DNA from: Candidatus Saccharibacteria bacterium oral taxon 488
Lineage (GTDB): Bacteria > Patescibacteriota > Saccharimonadia > Saccharimonadales > Saccharimonadaceae
Direction: 5' to 3'
Assembly: GCA_010202845.1 (NCBI GenBank)
Contig: CP047921.1
Location: 210,001 to 242,000, forward strand
DNA: 32,000 nucleotides
This document shows positions 7,557 through 14,564 of this stretch, one piece after another. A program made the position numbers and the translations under genes. Under the pieces are notes generated by a model. The model did no database searches. It was not told where the DNA came from and saw only the letters and a list, made by a program, of their open reading frames with translations. Within the stretch, counting starts at the first letter, position 1, and each line of letters begins with the position of its first letter.

Positions 7557-7729
7557 AAGCGTATGGTCACTGGGGCGAGTGTGACGATTTTAGGCAAATC
7601 TGGTTCGGGCAAGTCGACGCTGACGCACACCATCTCGGGACTGGGGATAAGCCTGAGCAAGGCGAAGTGTTGGTTGATGGCGAGGGAATGACTGGCCCGT
7701 ACTACTTAATTGTGGCTGACCTGTCGTAA
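7557..7729 (+). pseudogene. Decayed fragment of a MacB/LolD-type ABC ATPase gene (Walker A region only, frameshifted and truncated)
   Basis: Frame 3 reads [29 protein letters not shown] (7557-7643), compared with [25 protein letters not shown] in the intact gene at 4311. Two extra G at 7644-7645 move the continuation DKPEQGEVLVDGE into frame 2. The first ~25 codons and everything after residue ~70 are missing. Confidence 0.8.
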
Positions 7730-7775
7730 TTACCCGCGATTTTTGATAAAAATTATGGCTTTTAGAATGTGCTCA

Positions 7776-7784
7776 TGCTATAAT
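7776..7784 (+). promoter_or_regulatory. extended -10 box TGCTATAAT upstream of the collagen-like gene
   Basis: This is a consensus extended -10. Here it is 48 nt from the ATG, so this gene is predicted to have a leader. A second TATAAT at 7822-7827 lies 5 nt from the ATG. Confidence 0.5.
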
Positions 7785-7832
7785 CACGGTAAATAGGCGT
7801 ATAGCAAGATCAAATAGGGGATATAATACAAT

Positions 7833-8060
7833 ATGAACGAGCGCTCAGACAAGACATATGCGAGTCGTAAACTGGTAATATGTTTGTTTATCGTCACGAT
7901 ACTAATCATTCTACTGCTGTGGTGGTGGCCATGGGGCGGCGGCAATCGCTTTTACAAGGGGGTTCGTCCAGATCAGATTAGCTTACGCCAGAGCAATGGC
8001 AAGGTGCAGTGGCAGTTTATGGACGGCGACTGGCAGGATATTGTCTCTCTTTCTGAATAG
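7833..8060 (+). CDS. N-terminal membrane-anchor fragment of the collagen-like protein, ending at an in-frame TAG
   Basis: TM helix LVICLFIVTILIILLLWWW, then GKVQWQFMDGDWQDIVSLSE, a paralogue of the internal linker of the downstream ORF. It is in the same frame as 8148-9806. Confidence 0.7.
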   Translation: MNERSDKTYASRKLVICLFIVTILIILLLWWWPWGGGNRFYKGVRPDQISLRQSNGKVQWQFMDGDWQDIVSLSE

Positions 8061-8063
8061 CGA

Positions 8064-8510
8064 GGTGATAAGGGCGAGAAAGGCGACAAGGGTGACAAAG
8101 GTGACACTGGTGAGGCTGGAGCTGCTGGTAAAGACGGTAAAAACGGTGTGAACACAGGGCAGCGTGGAGCCAATGGCCGTGATGGGGCGAATGGTAAAAA
8201 CGGTGCGACCGGGCCAAAGGGCGATACCGGCGCGACCGGTGCTCAGGGTCCAGCTGGTCCACGGGGCCAAAAGGGTGACAAGGGTGAGAAGGGTGATGCC
8301 AACGGTATCGTCGGTCCGGCTGGCCCACAGGGTCCCAAAGGTGACACCGGCCAGCAAGGACAAAAAGGTGACAAAGGCGATGCCGGTGCTAAAGGCGAAA
8401 AGGGAGACGCTGGTGCTAAAGGTGAAAAGGGTGAAAAAGGTGACAAAGGTGACACTGGTGCAGTGGGCGCCCAAGGCCAAAAGGGCGATGCCGGTAATGA
8501 TGGACGAGAG
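8064..8510 (+). repeat. Collagen run 1: 49 Gly-X-Y triplets with two single-residue interruptions
   Basis: Counted by hand from the translation: 10 triplets upstream of the called start, then 16, then 23. Confidence 0.9.
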
Positions 8511-9806
8511 ATTGAGCTACAGAAAACTGCACTATATATACAGTGGCGCTACAGAGGCGATGCCACTTGGCATAACCTCATCGCATTGTCTGATCTAAAG
8601 GGCCCGAAGGGTGACAAAGGTGATACCGGTCCACAGGGTGCAACGGGTGCCCAGGGCGCACAAGGTGCTCAGGGGCCTGCCGGTGCCCAAGGCCAAAAGG
8701 GTGAAACTGGCCCTGCCGGCCCGCAAGGCCCAGCTGGTCCCCAAGGCCAAAAAGGCGAGAAAGGTGAAAAAGGTAATGATGGCCCACAAGGTCCTGCAGG
8801 TCCTCAGGGAGCCAAAGGTGATACCGGTCCAATCGGTCCCGCCGGCCCGCAAGGACTCAAAGGCGCTAAAGGTGATACTGGAGCGACAGGCGCTCAAGGT
8901 CAAAAAGGCGACAAGGGCGACACCGGCCCAGTAGGTCCTCAGGGCCTGCCCGGCCCCCAGGGTATACCAGGTGTTAAGGGGGATAAAGGTGACACTGGTC
9001 CAGCGGGGCCACAGGGTCTTCAGGGTGCTAAGGGTGACAAAGGCGAGCCAGGGGCTAAGGGTGAAACTGGCCCTGCCGGCCCACAAGGGGCCAAGGGAGA
9101 TGCCGGTGCACCTGGAGCTAAAGGTCCGAAGGGCGACGCTGGTCCCCAAGGACAAAAAGGTGATAAAGGTGAAAAGGGTGAAGCTGGTGCAAATGCAACA
9201 GTCAATGTGACAAATAGTACTCAGCCATGTTCGACCAAACTCAACGTTACGGGCAATGGTACACCAAATATTGGACTGACGTTTACCGGATCAAATATTC
9301 CGGCTGGTGGGTCAATTGGTCAGGTACTGATGAAAAAATCGGCGGCAGATTGTGATGTTGCGTGGAGAAGTTTGCCGCAAGAAACGATGTTTGCTGGCTC
9401 GATCGGTGTCGGTAATGGTAACATCACGGCGGTGAATATTAATGCTGACACTTATACAGCCATTCCGATGACAACGATCACCACGAATACCGGCGGTGGC
9501 ACCTGGGATCCAGTGAATCACACGTATACCATTCCAAGCGACGGTGTATATTTCATCCGTTCCAGTATTCGTACCGTTGACAACTCGCCGATGCGTAACA
9601 TTTACCAAATTGTTAATGATGTGAACGGTGATCGTCCAGAGGGCACGTGGTCGTCTAATCAAGCCGGTGTTCGTCGTTCGACACTGCCGTATTCACGGAT
9701 GATGCGGGCCACGGCTGGCACCAAACTAAAGTTGATCGTCGTATCAGACCTCCAGAGTGTGCAACTCAGCGACGCAAGCCTGACAATCACCAAGCTTTCA
9801 AACTAG
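8148..9806 (+). CDS. Collagen-like triple-helix repeat protein with a globular C-terminal domain; the coding signal actually begins at 8061, directly after the TAG
   Basis: Long Gly-X-Y runs ([19 protein letters not shown]...). The GTG at 8148 is only the first start-like codon, and ten further GXY triplets lie between 8064 and 8147. No signal peptide is present in this piece. The C-terminal ~200 aa are non-repetitive and look beta-rich. Confidence 0.85.
   Translation: MNTGQRGANGRDGANGKNGATGPKGDTGATGAQGPAGPRGQKGDKGEKGDANGIVGPAGPQGPKGDTGQQGQKGDKGDAGAKGEKGDAGAKGEKGEKGDKGDTGAVGAQGQKGDAGNDGREIELQKTALYIQWRYRGDATWHNLIALSDLKGPKGDKGDTGPQGATGAQGAQGAQGPAGAQGQKGETGPAGPQGPAGPQGQKGEKGEKGNDGPQGPAGPQGAKGDTGPIGPAGPQGLKGAKGDTGATGAQGQKGDKGDTGPVGPQGLPGPQGIPGVKGDKGDTGPAGPQGLQGAKGDKGEPGAKGETGPAGPQGAKGDAGAPGAKGPKGDAGPQGQKGDKGEKGEAGANATVNVTNSTQPCSTKLNVTGNGTPNIGLTFTGSNIPAGGSIGQVLMKKSAADCDVAWRSLPQETMFAGSIGVGNGNITAVNINADTYTAIPMTTITTNTGGGTWDPVNHTYTIPSDGVYFIRSSIRTVDNSPMRNIYQIVNDVNGDRPEGTWSSNQAGVRRSTLPYSRMMRATAGTKLKLIVVSDLQSVQLSDASLTITKLSN
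8601..9194 (+). repeat. Collagen run 2: 66 uninterrupted Gly-X-Y triplets
   Basis: Counted by hand, from GPK at 8601 to GAN ending at 9194. Confidence 0.9.
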
Positions 9807-9836
9807 TGAAGTTAGCGAGATAAATTATCGTATATC

Positions 9837-9845
9837 TGCTACAAT
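9837..9845 (+). promoter_or_regulatory. extended -10 box TGCTACAAT, 6 nt before the serS ATG (leaderless)
   Basis: TGCTACAAT-gatacc-ATG(9852), with no SD. Confidence 0.65.
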
Positions 9846-9851
9846 GATACC

Positions 9852-11147
9852 ATGTTAGATATTCGCTTTATTCGAGATAACGCCGAGGCAGTGCAGACTG
9901 CGGCGAAACACAAGGGGTGTGACGTGTCTATTGCGACATTGTTGCAATTAGACGACGAGCGTCGTGAGGCGCAGCGGCAGGTTGATGAGTTGCGCCAGCA
10001 GCGTAATGAGATTGCTGCGCAGATGAAGGGAGGCAAGCCTGAGCCGGGTCTGATTGAGCAGGGCAAGGCGATCAAGGCTAAGCTGAGTGGGCTCGAGACT
10101 CGGCTGAGCGAGATCGAGGAACGATACACGGCACTACTAAAGCAGGTTCCTAATATGCCGCACGCCGATGTACCAGTTGGTCTGAGTGAGGATGAAAACG
10201 TTGAAGTAAAGGTCGTCGGTGATATTCCAACCTTTGATTTTGCGCCGAAAAATCACTACGAAATCGCCGAGGCAAAAGGCTGGCTCGATAAAGAGCGGGC
10301 CGCCAAGGTTGCTGGTGCTCGTTTTGCTTATATCATGGGGGATTTGGTGTTGTTGCAACAGGCGATTATCCAGTTTGTGATCACATCTCTCACGAACCCA
10401 GCGGTGATCAAAGAGATCGCCGAAAAGGCTGGCCTTGATGTCAATACAAAACCATTCACCCCAGTGCTGCCGCCACTGATGATCCGCACCGAACCGTATG
10501 ATCAGATGGATCGCCTCCAGCCGAGTGACGATCGCTACAAGATCGAGGGCGAGGAATTATGGCTCCAGGGAAGTGCTGAGCATGTGCTCGGCAGCATGCA
10601 CGCGGGTGAGATCTTTGACGCCAAGCAGTTACCGCTACGATACTTGGGTTTTGCGACTAGCTTTCGAAAAGAGGCGGGGACCTATGGCAAGGATATGGAG
10701 GGGCTGATCCGGATGCATCAGTTCGACAAGCTCGAGATGGAGAGTTTCACCGAGGCTAAGGACAGCTATAGCGAGCATCTCCTATTTATTGCCATCCAAG
10801 AGTGGTTGTTGGCCCAGCTGAAGTTGCCATACCACGTGCTGATGAAATGTACGGCCGATATTGGTAAGCCAAATGCGCGCGGTGTTGACATGGAAGTCTG
10901 GCTACCGGGTCAGGACAAGTACCGCGAGACGCATACCGCTGACTACATGACTGATTATCAGGCACGCCGCTTGATGACGCGGGTGCGTACGGATAACGGG
11001 GTTGAATTGATCCACACGAATGACGCGACGGCCTTTGCGCTGGGGCGCTGTATGGTGGCGATTATTGAGAATTACCAGACCGCCGAGGGTGATGTAGTGG
11101 TGCCAGAAGTACTTCGTCCATATATGAATGGCCGCGAGATGATATAA
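9852..11147 (+). CDS. serS: Seryl-tRNA synthetase
   Basis: N-terminal coiled-coil arm, then the class II motifs FRKEAGTYGKDMEGLIRMHQFDKLE and GRCMVAIIENYQ. Confidence 0.97.
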   Translation: MLDIRFIRDNAEAVQTAAKHKGCDVSIATLLQLDDERREAQRQVDELRQQRNEIAAQMKGGKPEPGLIEQGKAIKAKLSGLETRLSEIEERYTALLKQVPNMPHADVPVGLSEDENVEVKVVGDIPTFDFAPKNHYEIAEAKGWLDKERAAKVAGARFAYIMGDLVLLQQAIIQFVITSLTNPAVIKEIAEKAGLDVNTKPFTPVLPPLMIRTEPYDQMDRLQPSDDRYKIEGEELWLQGSAEHVLGSMHAGEIFDAKQLPLRYLGFATSFRKEAGTYGKDMEGLIRMHQFDKLEMESFTEAKDSYSEHLLFIAIQEWLLAQLKLPYHVLMKCTADIGKPNARGVDMEVWLPGQDKYRETHTADYMTDYQARRLMTRVRTDNGVELIHTNDATAFALGRCMVAIIENYQTAEGDVVVPEVLRPYMNGREMI

Positions 11148-11165
11148 TGGAGTCTAGGAGGGTAT

Positions 11166-11408
11166 ATGGCACTGACGAACGATGACAAGCAATGGATCAA
11201 GGGCGCGATCGCTGATGGTGTGGTTGAAGGCAGACTACAGGCACTAACGAACGACATTAAAGAGATATACGATGTTATTTACGGTAAGCCGAACAAATCA
11301 TTTATGAGCGCCAGCTTTGCCAAAATGTCGTCGAAAGAAAAGCTGCTCGTGATTAACGAAGAATTACTAAAAATGGCGAAGGACGCGGGTGTTGTTTTGC
11401 CGCGCTAG
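11166..11408 (+). CDS. Hypothetical small protein (80 aa)
   Basis: Strong AGGAGG just upstream of the ATG. It is tightly packed between serS and hpf. I recognise no family. Confidence 0.6.
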   Translation: MALTNDDKQWIKGAIADGVVEGRLQALTNDIKEIYDVIYGKPNKSFMSASFAKMSSKEKLLVINEELLKMAKDAGVVLPR

Positions 11409-11429
11409 CACGTGATAAGAGGAGGAACC

Positions 11430-11804
11430 ATGATCAAAGATATTACCATTACTGGCGTCAAATACGAATTGACAGACACCACAAAGAAATACGTCGAGCG
11501 CAAAATTGGCGCGTTGGGCAAGTACTTGCCGCGGCATGCCCGCAAGAGCGCTACCGCTGATGTAAAGATCAAGCAGATTGATCATCCTGGCGGCAACAAG
11601 TACGAGGTTGAGGTGATTATCAATGTGCCAGACAAGAAAATCACCGCTAAAGATTCGACAATGAACGTGCTAGCAGCAGTGGATATCGTTGAGGCGAAGC
11701 TGAATGGGCAGCTACGTAAGTATAAGGATGATGTGTTGGCGCACGTTGGCAGCAGCCGCAGCGTACTGGCACGGTTCAAGCGCGGTTTCCAGCGCGAGCA
11801 GTAG
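11430..11804 (+). CDS. hpf: Ribosome hibernation promoting factor / RaiA family (short form)
   Basis: The sequence ITITGVKYELTDTTKKYVERKIGALGKYL...EVEVIINVPDKKITAKDSTMNVLAAVDIVEAKLNGQLRKYKD matches the S30AE/HPF fold pattern. The ATG at 11430 is preceded by AGGAGG, whereas the ORF-track GTG at 11412 has no RBS. Confidence 0.85.
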   Translation: MIKDITITGVKYELTDTTKKYVERKIGALGKYLPRHARKSATADVKIKQIDHPGGNKYEVEVIINVPDKKITAKDSTMNVLAAVDIVEAKLNGQLRKYKDDVLAHVGSSRSVLARFKRGFQREQ

Positions 11805-11834
11805 AAGGGGTTTAAATCAACCCCTTTAATTTTC
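11805..11834 (+). terminator. Rho-independent terminator after hpf
   Basis: Perfect 8-bp stem AAGGGGTT / AACCCCTT with loop taaatc, followed by taattttc. Confidence 0.8.
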
Positions 11835-11847
11835 TAGCCCTGCACGG

Positions 11848-11853
11848 TATAAT
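11848..11853 (+). promoter_or_regulatory. -10 box TATAAT of secA, with a leader of about 45 nt
   Basis: TATAAT at 11848-11853, a weak -35 TTTAAT 17 nt upstream, and GAGGGAG 10 nt before the ATG at 11901. Confidence 0.45.
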
Positions 11854-11900
11854 TGTATACAGTTTTTGAAAATGCCTGAAAGTGAGGGAGTTTTGAGTTT

Positions 11901-14531
11901 ATGGCAATGACACAACAAAAGGCGCTGAGTAAGATTTTTGGCGATCCGCAGAAGAAAATTTTGAAACGGCTGCGTAAGCAAGTTGACGTAATTAACGGTC
12001 TGTCCGAAAAATATGAAACAATGTCGGACAAGGAGTTGCGGGCGCAGACAGAGGCGCTGAAAAAGCGTCTGACGAAGAAAAATGTAACACTGGATACGAT
12101 TTTGCCGGATGCCTTTGCGGTGGTGCGCGAGGCAGCCAAGCGTGTCATTGGCGAGCGTCCGTACGATGTCCAGCTGATCGGCGGCATGGTTCTTCATGAG
12201 GGTAATGTGGCTGAGATGAAGACCGGCGAAGGTAAAACCTTGGTGGCGACGCTGCCGACCTATCTGAACGCATTGGAGGAAAAGGGCGTTCATGTGGTGA
12301 CCGTCAATGATTATCTGGCGCAGCGCGACGCCGGCTGGATGGGCCAGGTGTATGACTTTTTGGGCTTGACAACTGGCGTGATCATCAACGAAGCGTCGTT
12401 TATCTATGACAAAGAGTATGATAATGAGCATCACGACGATCCGCGCATGCGCAAGCTCCGCCCGGTCACTCGTAAGGAAGCCTACGCGGCCGACATTACA
12501 TATGGCACCAACAACGAGTTTGGTTTTGACTATTTGCGCGACAACATGGTTAATGACGTTGATTTGCTCAGGCAGCGCGAGCTGAACTTTGCTATCGTTG
12601 ACGAGGTGGACTCCATTCTGATCGACGAAGCGCGTACGCCGCTGATCATCTCGGCGCCAGCAGCGGAAAACCCGGACAACTACTACACTTTCGCCAAAGT
12701 TGCCAGTAAATTAGTGCCAGATGACTATGTTTTGGACGAAAAGCGCCGCAGCGTGGCCTTGACCGACGAGGGCGTGGAAAAAGTCCAAAAACTGCTGGGA
12801 ATAAAAAATTTGTACACACCAGACCACGTGCGCAGCGTTTACCACATGGACCAAGCTCTGCGAGCACAAACATTGTTCAAGCGCGACAAAGACTACGTGG
12901 TAACTAATGACGGCGAGGTGATCATCGTCGATGAGCACACCGGTCGTTTGATGCAAGGACGCCGCTACAACGAAGGCTTGCACCAGGCAATTGAGGCGAA
13001 AGAAGGCGTGCCAGTGCTGGAAGAAAGCATGACGCTGGCGACCATTTCGTTCCAGAATTATTTCCGTTTGTATAATAAACTTTCCGGTATGACTGGTACG
13101 GCATTTACCGAGGCTGAAGAGTTTCAGCAAATTTATTCACTGGACGTCATCCAGATTCCACCGAACAAGCCAGTGATTCGCGATGACAAAGAAGACCTGA
13201 TTTTCAAGACCGAAAAAGGCAAGCTGAAGGCGGTGGCTGAAGCCATCAAAGATTATCACAAGCAAGGCCGGCCGGTATTGGTTGGTTCTGGCTCGATCGC
13301 CAAGAACGAGCAGATTGCCAAATATCTGGAAAAAGAAGGCATCAAGTTTGAGATTTTGAACGCTAAGAATAATGAGCGCGAGGCGGCTATCATCGAGAAG
13401 GCTGGTGAAAAGGGTGCGATTACGCTAGCGACAAACATCGCCGGGCGTGGTACCGACATTAAACTTGGCAAGGGCGTTAAGGAATTGGGCGGTCTGGTGG
13501 TGATCGGTTCGGAGCGCCACGAATCACGGCGTATCGACAATCAGTTGCGCGGTCGTGGTGGTCGTCAGGGTGACCCGGGTGAGACGCAGTTCTATGTGTC
13601 GACCGAAGATGATTTGATGCGAATTTTCCAAGGCGAGCGAATTGCGGCGCTGATGGATCGGCTGGGCGTGGACGAAGATACGCCGATTCAAAACCGCGCT
13701 GTGTCAAAGACGTTGGAGGCAGCCCAGAAGCGTGTCGAAGGTTACAACTTTGATACGCGCAAAAATGTTGTTCAGTACGACAATGTGATTAATCGCCATC
13801 GCCGGGTGGTCTACACGATGCGCCGAAAAATCCTTGAAGGCGACAATATTCAGCCGGAAATTGAGCGGTTGTTGCGAGACAGAGTCAAAGAGCTAGTGAC
13901 GCTACCGACAAAAAACAACCCGAAGTTTATCGAGGAATTTACCTCGGCCTTTCCGGTCGATGAGGCGGCCGTGCGCAAGGTTGGCCGCGAGAAAAAAGAC
14001 CGTCCACGCCTCCAAAAAGCTCTGAAACTAGCACACCAGGCCTACCGGGAAAAAGATGAAGAAATCGGTACTGAAGAGTTGCGCGGTGTGGAGCGCGAGG
14101 TGTATATGGCGGTGCTCGACACCCTGTGGATGCAGCACCTAGAGAATATGCAACACCTACGCGAAGGGATCCACTGGCGCAGCGTTGGCCAGCGCGATCC
14201 ATTGGTAGAATACCGGGCGGAGTCACAAAAATTGTTCACCAGCCTCCAGGAAAATCTGCGTAACGAAGTTCTGAACACAATTTTTCATATTCATAAATCT
14301 GACGCAGTGATTCGCCAGTCACAGGATGATGAGTATGATACCGAGCTAACGCGCCTAGCCGAAAGCGCAGTTGAGCGTGGCGTTAATGAAGTTGGTACGG
14401 GCGAGGAAAATCGTGACGGTGACTTTTCGGTGAAAAAGGGTAAATCTAACGCCGAGTCGAACCGCGCTAAAAACCAAGCACGCAAGAAGAAAAAAGCGCA
14501 GCGCCAAAATCGCAAAAAGAATCGCAAATAA
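11901..14531 (+). CDS. secA: Preprotein translocase ATPase SecA
   Basis: MKTGEGKTLVATLP (Walker A), DEVDSILIDEARTPLIIS and TNIAGRGTDIKLG. The C-terminus is a polybasic tail without the Cys/His zinc motif. Confidence 0.98.
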   Translation: MAMTQQKALSKIFGDPQKKILKRLRKQVDVINGLSEKYETMSDKELRAQTEALKKRLTKKNVTLDTILPDAFAVVREAAKRVIGERPYDVQLIGGMVLHEGNVAEMKTGEGKTLVATLPTYLNALEEKGVHVVTVNDYLAQRDAGWMGQVYDFLGLTTGVIINEASFIYDKEYDNEHHDDPRMRKLRPVTRKEAYAADITYGTNNEFGFDYLRDNMVNDVDLLRQRELNFAIVDEVDSILIDEARTPLIISAPAAENPDNYYTFAKVASKLVPDDYVLDEKRRSVALTDEGVEKVQKLLGIKNLYTPDHVRSVYHMDQALRAQTLFKRDKDYVVTNDGEVIIVDEHTGRLMQGRRYNEGLHQAIEAKEGVPVLEESMTLATISFQNYFRLYNKLSGMTGTAFTEAEEFQQIYSLDVIQIPPNKPVIRDDKEDLIFKTEKGKLKAVAEAIKDYHKQGRPVLVGSGSIAKNEQIAKYLEKEGIKFEILNAKNNEREAAIIEKAGEKGAITLATNIAGRGTDIKLGKGVKELGGLVVIGSERHESRRIDNQLRGRGGRQGDPGETQFYVSTEDDLMRIFQGERIAALMDRLGVDEDTPIQNRAVSKTLEAAQKRVEGYNFDTRKNVVQYDNVINRHRRVVYTMRRKILEGDNIQPEIERLLRDRVKELVTLPTKNNPKFIEEFTSAFPVDEAAVRKVGREKKDRPRLQKALKLAHQAYREKDEEIGTEELRGVEREVYMAVLDTLWMQHLENMQHLREGIHWRSVGQRDPLVEYRAESQKLFTSLQENLRNEVLNTIFHIHKSDAVIRQSQDDEYDTELTRLAESAVERGVNEVGTGEENRDGDFSVKKGKSNAESNRAKNQARKKKKAQRQNRKKNRK

Positions 14532-14564
14532 ATCTAAAACCGGTGGGCAGAGAGCGACAGACAG

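Noticed and set aside
8058-8060. TAG reassigned as a sense codon (alternative genetic code).
   Set aside because: TAG terminates at least eight well-conserved genes in this window at the expected protein ends (ABC permease and ATPase, PspC, uppP, hpf, M16 and others). There is no other internal TAG.
8061-8069. RGD tripeptides (after the TAG, and again in YRGDATW at 8553-8561), considered as integrin-binding motifs.
   Set aside because: RGD arises trivially where Arg precedes a GD-starting collagen triplet. There is no other evidence of a eukaryotic-host adhesion context.
8064-9194. CRISPR array or non-coding tandem repeat.
   Set aside because: The periodicity is 9 nt and in frame, encoding Gly-X-Y. 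There is no repeat-spacer organisation of 25-40 nt units and no cas genes.
7973-9205. Many long ORFs on the minus strand and in other plus-strand frames across the collagen region (for example 7983-8480-, 8595-9155-, 8164-8598+, 8611-8934+).
   Set aside because: These are frame shadows of the 9-nt periodic GGN-NNN-NNN coding repeat. Their products are low-complexity ([14 protein letters not shown] and similar), and they lack promoters or ribosome-binding sites.
7833-9806. Prophage tail-fibre gene or mobile element, since collagen-like repeats are common in phage fibres.
   Set aside because: The flanking genes are uppP and serS. There is no integrase, terminase, capsid or other phage gene, and no att-like repeats in the window.
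11826-12434. ORFs of 202 aa and 117 aa antisense to the 5' part of secA.
   Set aside because: They lie entirely within the highly conserved SecA coding sequence, with Cys/His/Gln-rich implausible products. The same applies to 12711-13130-, 13256-13540- and 14355-14804-.
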